The notes under the pieces were generated by a model. It did not search any database, was not told the origin of the DNA, and saw nothing but the letters and a program-made list of their open reading frames with translations. Made by a program: the position numbers and the translations under genes. Shown piece after piece: positions 39,174 to 48,301 of a stretch of DNA of 49,102 nucleotides. Where the stretch lies: positions 1 to 49,102 of the forward strand of contig JANNQV010000054.1 of the NCBI GenBank assembly GCA_031400935.1. Reading direction: 5' to 3'. Source of the stretch: Armatimonadota bacterium. GTDB taxonomy: Bacteria > Armatimonadota > Fimbriimonadia > Fimbriimonadales > Fimbriimonadaceae. Numbering within the stretch: position 1 is the stretch's first letter; every line of letters begins with the position of its first letter.

Positions 39174-40313
39174 TCAAAAGCTCTGGATAGGTTCAACCAA
39201 AGTGACCGACGCCGTTTTGGTTTCTCCCTTGCTCCAATAAGTTAGACTTATCTTATCCCCAGGACGCTTGTCAATAAGGGCTTTTGTCAGATCAATTGGT
39301 AATTTTAACAGGATGCTATCAATTTTGATCAAAATGTCAACTTCCTTCAAGCCAAGTTTTGCCCCTGCCGAGCCTTCCATAACCGCTCGAATAATCAGGC
39401 CGTCCTTTGGAGGCGTGGCCCCTGTGAATTCTTGAACTTGATTTCTTGCAAAGTCCATTTGAAGTAATCCTGGCCTTTCAACAACTTCCACGCCAAGGGT
39501 TCCGTATTGCACTCTTCCATGTTTGATGATGTCGGCTACCACGCGCTTTGCTCGGTTAATGGGGATCGCAAAGCCGAGGCCGATGCTTCCGCCAGAATTC
39601 GTCGCAATCGCACTATTGATTCCAACGAGTTCGCCCTTTGCGTTGGCTAATGCCCCGCCCGAATTCCCCTGATTGATGGCAGCATCTGTCTGAATGAGGT
39701 CCACCAAAAGCGAATTTCTCCCGGTCTGCAAGCTTTTGTTCAGATTGCTAACGACTCCAACACTAACTGTGTTTGAATATCCAAGCGGATTTCCGATAGC
39801 GATCACCCATTCTCCAACTTCGACCTTTGAACTGTCGCCAAGCACCGCGACGGAAAGGTTCTTTTCTTCCACTTTGAGTACAGCCAGGTCAGATCGTGGA
39901 TCGGTGCCGATTACCTTCGCGCTGAAAGTTCGGTCATCCTTTGATCGAATTTGAACCCGTGCTGCGCCAGATACCACATGGTTGTTCGTGAGAATGTAGC
40001 CATCTGCGCTTATGATGACGCCAGAACCTGTGCCAGTCTGTTGCTCGCCTCGCGATTCGCCAAAAAAGTCTGTAACTTGGTCAAAGCGGTCAACGCTGAC
40101 AACGGCGGGTGAGATTTTGGCAACAGGTGCACGAAAATCTGCGGGAGCAGAGCCAGACTCAAATGCAACGGAACTGGCTGGAGTTGCGCTGAGTACGGAT
40201 TGGATATCGTTCGCCGCGCTACGTTGATTAATGAAGCGGTTGACCTGCAGCGCTCCTAAGACTGCTGCGAAGACGGCGATTCCAACGAAAATGTATTTGC
40301 TTGCGCTTTTCAC
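39174..40313 (-). CDS. HtrA/DegS-type serine protease with PDZ domain
   Basis: GSGVII, TNNHV, DLAVL, QTDAAINQGNSGG; C-terminal PDZ. Confidence 0.92.
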   Translation of the reverse strand: MKSASKYIFVGIAVFAAVLGALQVNRFINQRSAANDIQSVLSATPASSVAFESGSAPADFRAPVAKISPAVVSVDRFDQVTDFFGESRGEQQTGTGSGVIISADGYILTNNHVVSGAARVQIRSKDDRTFSAKVIGTDPRSDLAVLKVEEKNLSVAVLGDSSKVEVGEWVIAIGNPLGYSNTVSVGVVSNLNKSLQTGRNSLLVDLIQTDAAINQGNSGGALANAKGELVGINSAIATNSGGSIGLGFAIPINRAKRVVADIIKHGRVQYGTLGVEVVERPGLLQMDFARNQVQEFTGATPPKDGLIIRAVMEGSAGAKLGLKEVDILIKIDSILLKLPIDLTKALIDKRPGDKISLTYWSKGETKTASVTLVEPIQSF

Positions 40314-40388
40314 ACTCTTTCATACGTTCGACACGTACGCATTTGAAGCATCATCTAGTCCAAAAGACATAATTGCTGATTCATTGTT

Positions 40389-40778
40389 TCAACCAAGCAC
40401 CTGGCCAAACGTAATATCGCGATCATCAAGATCTTGGATTCCGAACTCTCGCGTGCCCCAAGGAGTGTCATAAAGCGTGTTATCGATGATCGCTCCGCGC
40501 TCAATCAATTCTTGATACAACGACTTGGCATCGTCCACCCAGATGTAAACATTGTTCGTTTTGTCTACGACTCGCCAATTTGGAACTGGAACCTCGAGTC
40601 CATGAGGGCTTTGGGCGAGCATGATCGTGATACCGTCTCTCTCAGGCATCGCGAAGTTCACAGGTTCGCCATACTGACGAGAAACATCGAACCCAACTCC
40701 GTTTCGCCAGTATTCCAGTGATTTCTGCATATCGGAAACAATCAAAACGGGGGCAATGGAAAGTAGCTTGGTTGCCAT
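40389..40778 (-). CDS. VOC/glyoxalase-bleomycin resistance family protein
   Basis: PVLIVSDM..SLEYW, TPWGTREFGIQDLD. Confidence 0.85.
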   Translation of the reverse strand: MATKLLSIAPVLIVSDMQKSLEYWRNGVGFDVSRQYGEPVNFAMPERDGITIMLAQSPHGLEVPVPNWRVVDKTNNVYIWVDDAKSLYQELIERGAIIDNTLYDTPWGTREFGIQDLDDRDITFGQVLG

Positions 40779-40887
40779 TGTTTTGATTGTACAGGGACTG
40801 TCAAAGAAGCAGTTCATAAAGGACTCGTAATTTTGCCAATTCTTATTTGCCCAAAAGCGGAGCATAATGCAGGAATCTGGAGAATAC

Positions 40888-42471
40888 ATGAGTCGCAATA
40901 ACCTTTTTCATCAAGTATGTCAATCCATGAAGGTCGCAAGTTTCTGCGAGGATCACAGCATTTCGACTCAAGATGGGATTGAGCGGCTAAGTGAAAGCCG
41001 CTCATCTCGACGAACATTTCTTGGAATGACTGCTGCCGCGGGCTTGGCTACTATTCCAGGAATGTCATTCGCTTCTGGCCGGAAGTCAGTGCCAAGAATT
41101 GCCATCATTGGCGGCGGCTTGGCCGGCCTGACCTGTGCAGACAAGCTGGAATCGAAGGGGTATCAAGCCGCTATCTATGAGGCTGGCTCCCGACTAGGAG
41201 GACGATGCTTCTCAAATCGAACATTGGTTCCTGGAATGGCTTGTGAGAATGGTGGAGAGTTCATTGATACCGGGCATCGAACGATGCTCAACTACGCGAA
41301 CGAATTTGGATTGGCCCGCGAAACGGTAACCCATCAAATCGGCGAAGAAAGATTCTATTTTGCTGGACAAAATTGGTCTGAAATCGAAGTTGTGGATCAA
41401 TTGCGAGAAGTTGTCGCAAATATGCAAGGGGATTTGCATGCCATTAGCGGTGGAGCGAGCTTTTATTCTAAGAATTCTGCCGACATTCAGTTTGACAACA
41501 CGGATTTGGCATCCTATTTCCACTCAAGATGCGCAGGTTATCCCCTGATCGAAGCAGTTCTGAACGAGGCATATTTAGCTGAGTACGGATTAGAAACAAG
41601 TGAGCAGTCCACGCTCAATTTCCTTGGCTTCATGAGGCTCAACAAACAGTCGAAATTTGAGCCATTTGGAACCAGCGATGAGCGATTCCACCTTGTCAAT
41701 GGCAACGACGGAATTGTAACGGGGCTCGTAAACAAGATCAACTCATCCATTTCTACTGGAGCAAGGCTCACTCGGCTTGGAAAGAACTCATCTGGAAAGT
41801 ACTTGCTCTATTTCAACGGTTCATCTTCACCTGATATGGCAGATTCCGTAATAATTACAATTCCGTTTTCCGTATTACGCGGAATCCAGCTTGACGCATC
41901 TTTGGGCCTTACAGCGGATAAACGTCGTGCGATCAACACTTTGGGTTACGGCATGAATGCAAAGACAATGGTCGCGTTCAACGGCAGGTATTGGACAACT
42001 CTTGGAGCCAGCGGGTTCTGTCTGAGCGATCTAAACAATCTACAAAATACATGGGAAACGAATCCTATTAATGCGGGCGCGCGGGGAATCCTAACAGATT
42101 ACGCAAGCGGCATTCGTGGCGCAAGTCTAAGAACCAATAAAGTCCAAACTCAAGTGAATTCGTACTTGAACGACATGAATATCGTGTTCCCAGGAATCAA
42201 GGCAACCGCACTCAAGAACGGCTCAAACTATGTGGCTCACCTTGAACATTGGCCATCGAACCCACTTTCACAAGGGTCTTACACTTGTTACAAGGTCGGA
42301 CAATTCACGGGAATTGAGGGATTGAATGCCGAACAGAGCGGGCTTCTTAAGTTCGCTGGCGAGCATGCGGACTCATTCTATTCGTGGCAAGGCTTCATGG
42401 AAGGAGCTTGTCTGAGCGGTATTCGCACTGCGAATGAAGTTTTGGCTGATATTCGCGCAGGAAGGCTCTGA
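40888..42471 (+). CDS. Flavin monoamine oxidase-family protein
   Basis: SRRTFL twin-Arg-like segment; IIGGGLAGL..YEA..RLGGR; FAGEH..GFMEGA. Confidence 0.88.
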   Translation: MSRNNLFHQVCQSMKVASFCEDHSISTQDGIERLSESRSSRRTFLGMTAAAGLATIPGMSFASGRKSVPRIAIIGGGLAGLTCADKLESKGYQAAIYEAGSRLGGRCFSNRTLVPGMACENGGEFIDTGHRTMLNYANEFGLARETVTHQIGEERFYFAGQNWSEIEVVDQLREVVANMQGDLHAISGGASFYSKNSADIQFDNTDLASYFHSRCAGYPLIEAVLNEAYLAEYGLETSEQSTLNFLGFMRLNKQSKFEPFGTSDERFHLVNGNDGIVTGLVNKINSSISTGARLTRLGKNSSGKYLLYFNGSSSPDMADSVIITIPFSVLRGIQLDASLGLTADKRRAINTLGYGMNAKTMVAFNGRYWTTLGASGFCLSDLNNLQNTWETNPINAGARGILTDYASGIRGASLRTNKVQTQVNSYLNDMNIVFPGIKATALKNGSNYVAHLEHWPSNPLSQGSYTCYKVGQFTGIEGLNAEQSGLLKFAGEHADSFYSWQGFMEGACLSGIRTANEVLADIRAGRL

Positions 42472-42525
42472 GTCTTTTCGATACCTGTTGAATTTGTAGG
42501 TAAGTCGTTCGCATGATAATGCCGT

Positions 42526-43020
42526 TCAGCTGTTAGAGCACTTTCTCAACCGTTCCCAACTCTCATCCAAACTCTGCGGCAAGACCCTAACATCGCCGAC
42601 CGTAGTCATAAAATTCGTGTCGCCATCCCAACGCGGCACAATGTGCCAATGGACATGATCCGTTATCCCTGCGCCTGCAGCTTTGCCTAAATTGACGCCG
42701 ATATTAAACCCATCTGGGTGGTAACAATCTGTGATCCACTCAATGCATTTCGCAACTAGCTGGTTGATTTCAAGAAGCTCTGAATCGGAAAGTTCGGATA
42801 GAGAAGCTGTGTGCTTGTACGGTGCAACCATGAGGTGGCCGTTTGTATATGGGTAGGCGTTTAGCATGACAAAGGCGGTTTCGCCTCTGTACAAAATCAG
42901 GTTCTTGCGGTCATCCGTTTCGGCTGGAAGATCTACGAAAATGCATCCACCAGAACTGCCTTCTTCAGAAGCTTTTTCGACATAGCTCAACCGCCAGGGA
43001 GCCCATAACCTTTCCGACAT
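42526..43020 (-). CDS. HIT-family hydrolase (Ap4A phosphorylase-like)
   Basis: LWAPWR, CIF, NAYPYTNGH, HVHWHIVPRW. Confidence 0.9.
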   Translation of the reverse strand: MSERLWAPWRLSYVEKASEEGSSGGCIFVDLPAETDDRKNLILYRGETAFVMLNAYPYTNGHLMVAPYKHTASLSELSDSELLEINQLVAKCIEWITDCYHPDGFNIGVNLGKAAGAGITDHVHWHIVPRWDGDTNFMTTVGDVRVLPQSLDESWERLRKCSNS

Positions 43021-43169
43021 GGATTGAGTATGGCAGGGCACTTGATTGCAAAATTCTCTAAGGTTGGTCTAAATATCTGTTTCACACAGAGGACGAGGAG
43101 TATCGCAGATCCATCGCCGCGAACCTTAGCGGACTCCGCGTGAGATTCCGTGTCAATAATCGAGAGCAT

Positions 43170-46100
43170 TCAACTGCTTTCGACGAATGCCAGAGTCAAC
43201 CCCTGTCCCGACGACATTTTGAGAGGTTTTTCAAACTTGACGACGCCATTCTCAAACTGAGCATGTAGCTTTGATTTACCAAGAGTTGTATTGATCAGTC
43301 TCATGCCCTTCGCATGTCTAATTGCGATTTGAGTCAGACTCAACTTTCCAAAATTTAGAGTCAGCGAAGCAATCAAACCCTTTTCACTCTTGACTTGCTC
43401 GTAACTCCCCCAGCCTTCGGCAGCGGTGAACGCGCATTTGAACCTGTTTCCTGGCATTTTTGGGTCAAACGCCATCTCGCCCTTCGGACCGTGATAAGAA
43501 AAGCCGCAAGCGGTTAGAAAAGCACCATACGATGCCATAGACCGCGAATAGTGGTCGCTGCATTCCACTTCGTTATATGGATTTCGCGTGCCGTTTGTAT
43601 AGCGAGAATGTAATGCATGAACGATGGCCAAGCCCTCAGTCACCATGCCGTCAGCAATCATGTGCGCGGCGGCTTGATATTCGAATCCGTTCATACATTC
43701 GTTGAAGTAGCCCACCATCCAATCTGGGTTGCCTTCTCCTTTGCTTTCCTTGGCTCCGCCTTTGGGAAATGAGGTCATTAAAAGCCCAGGCTCGCCCGGC
43801 ATTGCGTACCACCTGCCGCCCTTGATGACAGACTGCATCGCCTTCATGTACCCGCCAGCATCGGGGGTGTAATTGTATTTCCAAATGGACTTCAGTCCGC
43901 TTTTCACCTCATTCTTGGGCAGATTCGGTGGCAAGCCGACCATGTGGAGGAAGCTGTCGCCGAAAACTTGGTCAATGTGGCATCCGGGCCCGTGTCCCGG
44001 TGCTCTCGGATGTGCGGGGTCGCGAACCATTGCAAAGTACTCCCCGTTATAGGTTTCTTTCACGATCAATTTCGCTCCGCTTTCCGTGATTTTCATTAGC
44101 TCTTTGGCAAAATCGGGATCTCCCATTTCATTTGCCATTTCAACTCCGGCACGAAGGGCAGCAATGTACAACGAACTGATCCAGCTGATTTTTCCGTACC
44201 AGGAAGAATCCAAAGTGTTGTACTGTTCGCCTTCCCACATGCCATCCTTGTTCGGGTCGTCGGCAATCAACCGTTCTATAGATTTCTTAATTTTTTGCCA
44301 GTTTACAGTTAGGAATTTAGAATCCTTAGACGTCGAATGTTCTCGGTATGTGCGGAGGATGGTGCCAGCCTGCCCATCGTGCGCCATATGCCGTCCTGAT
44401 TCCCCGCGATACCAAATGGTGCCGTCTGGCTGCCATGAAATTCCATAGTCTGCATGTACCCTGGCTGATCTTTCAAGATCGGGAAAGAGCCTTGCAGCCG
44501 CCTGTGCGTAGTTCCACACATGCTGGCATGTTCCGGGGCAGCAGTAAACTCCTTCCCAGCCATAGAATCTTCCGCTGTCAAATCGGTGCGATGTAGCCGT
44601 TTGGAGGCAGTCTATAGGAATGATTGAACGTTCGAGGAAGTAGTGGGGAAGGGTCGAGTCGTACCACGTTTTATCCCAGAGCCTAGTTGCATCAGATAGC
44701 TTCCTTTCATGTTTTGCAAAATAGCGAAGAACATCGAGTGCAGACCCGAATCGCTTCGCATAATGTTTTTTGAGCTTCGAAATTCCCGTGATTTCAGCAA
44801 AGGAGTCGGTTGGCCGGCCGTAGTTTGGAAAGAACCAAGCCAAAAGAAACGAGATAGATTTTGTTTCTCCTGGCTTCAAATACAATTCTTGATAAAGCTG
44901 GGCTGTTTCTTGATTACTTCCACGGTAACGAACAACTTTTCCTTCGGCTTTCGAGCAAACGGCTATCGCCATTGAACCAAATTCTTGGTGTTGATCGGCT
45001 GGAACCTCGTCGAGGTCAGGTGCATCTTCAAATCGAATATGATCCACCGTAATGTGTCCCCATCCGCCAGTTTCTTGGTCCAGAATTTGAATCTGCGCTG
45101 TCTTTCCTGCAAATCGTTTGACGTCGAAGCTCGCTTTTCTGAGTTGTAAGGAATTGCGTCCGGTCTCCGATAGAACAACTTTTCCATCAATCAACAAATT
45201 GAGACAAGTTTTGCCGGCATGTGCTCCACCGCCAATCCAAAAGTTGATGAAGTTCCTCTCAATTTTGAACTCTCGACTGAGTAAAGTTCCAACGTGTTTG
45301 TCAGCGTTCACTGAATCTTCGCCTGATCGCGATTGATGGCTGTTCACGAAGGCAGTTCCCACAGGATTCGCTGACTTGTACCGATCTGGAAGCTCTTTTG
45401 ACAACATCGGTCCCTCCCCAAATGCGGTTCCGGTCACTTTCCATCCGTCGTAGCTGGACTTGGAAAAGTCTTCAAAAACAATCCGAGGTCGAAGGGTTTG
45501 CACTTCCGTTTCAGGTTTGACCACTGATTGGAACTGTATCGCTGTGAAGCGTGGCTCCTGAATCTCTTTATGTTGCGACAGGATTCTCTTGTCCTGTCGC
45601 ATAGGTGATCCAATAGGATCTTGTAGGCGGCATCGCATCGCAACCCAAACATTCTTTTGAGAATCATTGGTTACGGAGAAGCGCTGAACAATCAGTGGCA
45701 AGCTAGAATCTTCTGTCTCTAGCGGAATAAATGGAGAGAATGCCTCTTGGACAATCCGAATTGGCAAATCCTTGGATTGATACCGAACAATGCCAATTGG
45801 ATAGTGGTTTTCGAATTCGCAGTTCCATAGTTTGTTTGGCAGGTCAATTTCAACATTGTCGTCTATTTGAACTGTAAATCCATGTCCAATTGGAAAATGC
45901 GGCACTATCGGATTCGCATAGTGCTTACCGCTTGAGAGCCCGCTCATATCCCATCCGGTTGGAGTTGTACAAATATCCCAATGCCAAAGTTGCCCGTCGC
46001 CACCTAAGTAGACCTGTCCGCAGCATAGGCCGCCTATTGGCATTCCGATGAATTTCAGTTGATCGCCAGCCCACTTTGAAGGGGCTCCTCGCTCGTACAG

Positions 46101-46265
46101 CGTTTGCACTACTTTAGGGTCGAGGTTCTTTTCTTGCGGGACGAAGGACTGGAATTCTTCCGACATTGCAGCACCAGCCTGATTAGATACAAGTGGCAAA
46201 GCTGAAGCTGCTGTGGCTAGTTTCAGGGCTGTTCGCCGCGAAAAGTCCAATTTGGGTTGAGACAT
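43170..46265 (-). CDS. Tat-exported GH116-family glycoside hydrolase
   Basis: SRRTALK signal; GMPIGG, AFSPFIP, EQYNTLD, NPYNEVECSDHYSRSMAS. Confidence 0.85.
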   Translation of the reverse strand: MSQPKLDFSRRTALKLATAASALPLVSNQAGAAMSEEFQSFVPQEKNLDPKVVQTLYERGAPSKWAGDQLKFIGMPIGGLCCGQVYLGGDGQLWHWDICTTPTGWDMSGLSSGKHYANPIVPHFPIGHGFTVQIDDNVEIDLPNKLWNCEFENHYPIGIVRYQSKDLPIRIVQEAFSPFIPLETEDSSLPLIVQRFSVTNDSQKNVWVAMRCRLQDPIGSPMRQDKRILSQHKEIQEPRFTAIQFQSVVKPETEVQTLRPRIVFEDFSKSSYDGWKVTGTAFGEGPMLSKELPDRYKSANPVGTAFVNSHQSRSGEDSVNADKHVGTLLSREFKIERNFINFWIGGGAHAGKTCLNLLIDGKVVLSETGRNSLQLRKASFDVKRFAGKTAQIQILDQETGGWGHITVDHIRFEDAPDLDEVPADQHQEFGSMAIAVCSKAEGKVVRYRGSNQETAQLYQELYLKPGETKSISFLLAWFFPNYGRPTDSFAEITGISKLKKHYAKRFGSALDVLRYFAKHERKLSDATRLWDKTWYDSTLPHYFLERSIIPIDCLQTATSHRFDSGRFYGWEGVYCCPGTCQHVWNYAQAAARLFPDLERSARVHADYGISWQPDGTIWYRGESGRHMAHDGQAGTILRTYREHSTSKDSKFLTVNWQKIKKSIERLIADDPNKDGMWEGEQYNTLDSSWYGKISWISSLYIAALRAGVEMANEMGDPDFAKELMKITESGAKLIVKETYNGEYFAMVRDPAHPRAPGHGPGCHIDQVFGDSFLHMVGLPPNLPKNEVKSGLKSIWKYNYTPDAGGYMKAMQSVIKGGRWYAMPGEPGLLMTSFPKGGAKESKGEGNPDWMVGYFNECMNGFEYQAAAHMIADGMVTEGLAIVHALHSRYTNGTRNPYNEVECSDHYSRSMASYGAFLTACGFSYHGPKGEMAFDPKMPGNRFKCAFTAAEGWGSYEQVKSEKGLIASLTLNFGKLSLTQIAIRHAKGMRLINTTLGKSKLHAQFENGVVKFEKPLKMSSGQGLTLAFVESS

Positions 46266-46330
46266 ACGCCTTGATTCGATACGAATAGTTTGAATTCCTG
46301 TTGGAAATTGGTTTTTTTGGTTGTCCTTCG

Positions 46331-46380
46331 GTTCTCAGTTATCGGTTGTCTGTTGTTAGTTGTCAATTGATAGTTGTCAG
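46331..46380. repeat. Heptamer tandem repeats of the same family as 34921-35017
   Basis: GTTCTCA GTTATCG GTTGTCT GTTGTTA GTTGTCA ATTGATA GTTGTCA. Confidence 0.75.
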
Positions 46381-46456
46381 TATCCTGTACTCACAAATAT
46401 CCGATCTCCACTCTCGTCTCTCCGCTCTATCTCCGCCGGTAGTGTCCTAATTTGAT

Positions 46457-47083
46457 TTATGGTGGCGGATCGTACTCTGTAGGTCGTGTCGCCCAAACAG
46501 CACCGTCAGGCCCAAGGACTTGCTCTGGCATCACGCAAGCTTCGATATGATTCCAGTTCAATGTAATAGCCCGTGAACAGGCAGCAAAGTTCTTCTTGCT
46601 GGGTCGCTTGGTGGGTGGCGCGACCGTCACTAGTTCGATATTTGGGAATTCCGCCGAGCACATCCTGAACGCAGGCGACAAATCAGAGTCACTGCTAATC
46701 ACGTAAGCGACATCCATCCGCGCGTATCGCGCATCGTTGAGAAGATGGATTGCGAGGTTGACGTCGCTCTCTTTTTCCTCGTTCCCTGTGAAGGTCTTTT
46801 TGCAAAGCTTGCACCGCACAGGCTTCGCTTTGAATTCGCCCTTCACACATTCGCAACCCGTGGCCTCCCAGGCACGAAGTACTCGACGATGCCGAACCAT
46901 CGACGCAGGAAGGTGAGTTGCAAGAGCTGTGAAAACCTTGACGCTAACAAGCTGCTCGCCGGAGCGTGGGAGCAGCATCGTTGCTAGGTCCCAGTAAGAC
47001 ATCCATTTCAAATGCGGTCTTTGATGTCGCGCGATAGGATGATAGACATTGAATCCGTCAATATAAAAGGCGGCTCGTTTCAC
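46457..47083 (-). CDS. NYN (PIN-fold, LabA/DUF88-like) ribonuclease
   Basis: FYIDGFNVYH, EEKESDVNLA, ISSDSDL; inserted CKLC pair; GTG start 47083 after AAAGGTGG. Confidence 0.88.
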   Translation of the reverse strand: MKRAAFYIDGFNVYHPIARHQRPHLKWMSYWDLATMLLPRSGEQLVSVKVFTALATHLPASMVRHRRVLRAWEATGCECVKGEFKAKPVRCKLCKKTFTGNEEKESDVNLAIHLLNDARYARMDVAYVISSDSDLSPAFRMCSAEFPNIELVTVAPPTKRPSKKNFAACSRAITLNWNHIEACVMPEQVLGPDGAVWATRPTEYDPPP

Positions 47084-47097
47084 CGGGCCACCTTTTT

Positions 47098-47158
47098 TGA
47101 GAAAGAGCCCAGAGGTCTGCCCCTGGGGGGCCACAAGTAAACCTGTGGCGTGTTCTCA
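47098..47158 (-). ncRNA. Putative structured RNA leader upstream of the NYN gene
   Basis: Two 8-bp hairpins (47108-47127, 47130-47149) enclosed by TGAGAA/TTCTCA; both stem mismatches are G-U only on the minus strand. Confidence 0.5.
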
Positions 47159-47225
47159 GTACATATTATGACGCATAAATGTGCCTTTTGTATACTAGTT
47201 TTCAGAAAATTGGGTTCAATTAGGT

Positions 47226-48056
47226 TCAACATTGCACCGCATCCAGTAGGTCCGAAACGGTCCATGGTTGGTAAACGACACCCGCCGCAACCGCTGGAGT
47301 CGTCTTAATCGTTCCATGGATTCGGCAAAGATTGTAATGTGCGAAGTGAAGCGCGGTTGCCGCTTGCAGATTTTCGAGCTTCTTTGAGAAGCAAAGCGAG
47401 AGTCGCGTCAACCTTTTCATGTGCGTTCGCATAGTCAAATTAGAACGCTCTATGTAGCTTGTGCTGAAATACGCTTTTTGGTCGTGGTTGCCATGAATCG
47501 TCTTACGGTCAATGGCAGACACCCTTGGAGGGGCGTAGCGGCCTGGTCCAATCGGCTCTGCTTCGTACGACTTTACAACTTGTCCGAAATCCAGGTCGCC
47601 ATTGAATGCATACCAAGCGGCATCAATATATGGACCCCATGCATCGGCTGAAAGCTGAATTCGGTTTTCAAGGCGACTCGCTAAATCCTTCATGAATTCC
47701 TGAGTCGAAGCAATGTTTCGTTTGCCGATAAGAAAAGATGGGATTAGTTTGGTTGCCTCGTCAATCGCAACAAAGATGTAGAAGTCGCCCATTCGGGTCA
47801 CATCGTCTTCGCTGGTTAAGTGCCCTTGCTTCTTTTGAACGAAACTCCAAATCTCATCAACTTGAATTCGCTTGCAATCGAGCCCACGCATTTCCTCGTC
47901 CATGAGTTTCGCGCAACCTTCGCCGACTCTGACCATGTACCGCATGATCGAATCGCGGTGAACGTCGACGATTCTTTCGGTAGCTCGAATGCTCGTCCCA
48001 TCGACAAGACATTTGATGATCGCTTCCTGCTTTTCACGCTTTAGGATGTTACCCAT
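47226..48056 (-). CDS. IS1-family DDE transposase (HTH + catalytic domain, no N-terminal Zn finger)
   Basis: GTSIRATERI HTH; QVDEIWSFV, LSAD, STSYIER.NLT.R...RLTR..FSKK, TPAVAAG. Confidence 0.88.
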   Translation of the reverse strand: MGNILKREKQEAIIKCLVDGTSIRATERIVDVHRDSIMRYMVRVGEGCAKLMDEEMRGLDCKRIQVDEIWSFVQKKQGHLTSEDDVTRMGDFYIFVAIDEATKLIPSFLIGKRNIASTQEFMKDLASRLENRIQLSADAWGPYIDAAWYAFNGDLDFGQVVKSYEAEPIGPGRYAPPRVSAIDRKTIHGNHDQKAYFSTSYIERSNLTMRTHMKRLTRLSLCFSKKLENLQAATALHFAHYNLCRIHGTIKTTPAVAAGVVYQPWTVSDLLDAVQC

Positions 48057-48101
48057 ATCAATAGTATATCACATTTCTATCAAGATATGGAAAAGATATG
48101 G

Positions 48102-48127
48102 TTGACACGATAAAATTGTGGTATTAT
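48102..48127 (+). promoter_or_regulatory. Probable sigma70-type promoter for the tRNA-like gene
   Basis: TTGACA at 48102-48107 and extended -10 TGgTATTAT at 48119-48127 (spacing is a short 14 nt). Confidence 0.5.
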
Positions 48128-48146
48128 TTCGTCAGTTCGGAAAAAC

Positions 48147-48242
48147 GGAGTGGGAGCCGTTCGCTGGTGCGATTAATGGGCTTTACATCCAAAGGCCGCG
48201 TGCTGATACCACGTAGGGGTTCAATTCCCACCCACTCCGCCA
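48147..48242 (+). tRNA. Non-canonical tRNA-Sec-like (allo-tRNA-type, 8/4) gene, anticodon UUA (ochre)
   Basis: Acceptor GGAGTGGG/CCCACTCC + G-CCA; D-arm TCGC-TGGT-GCGA; anticodon arm TGGG-CTTTACA-TCCA; long variable arm GCGTG/CACGT; T-arm GGG-TTCAATT-CCC. Confidence 0.75.
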
Positions 48243-48301
48243 GTTAATCCGAACTCAATTATACCATCGGTTCAAAATGGACCAAAATGGAGGTAGACCA
48301 A

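Noticed and set aside
48147..48242. Canonical selC (tRNA-Sec)
   Set aside because: The anticodon is TTA not TCA, the T-stem is shorter than the bacterial 8/5 form, and no selA/selB/selD is nearby
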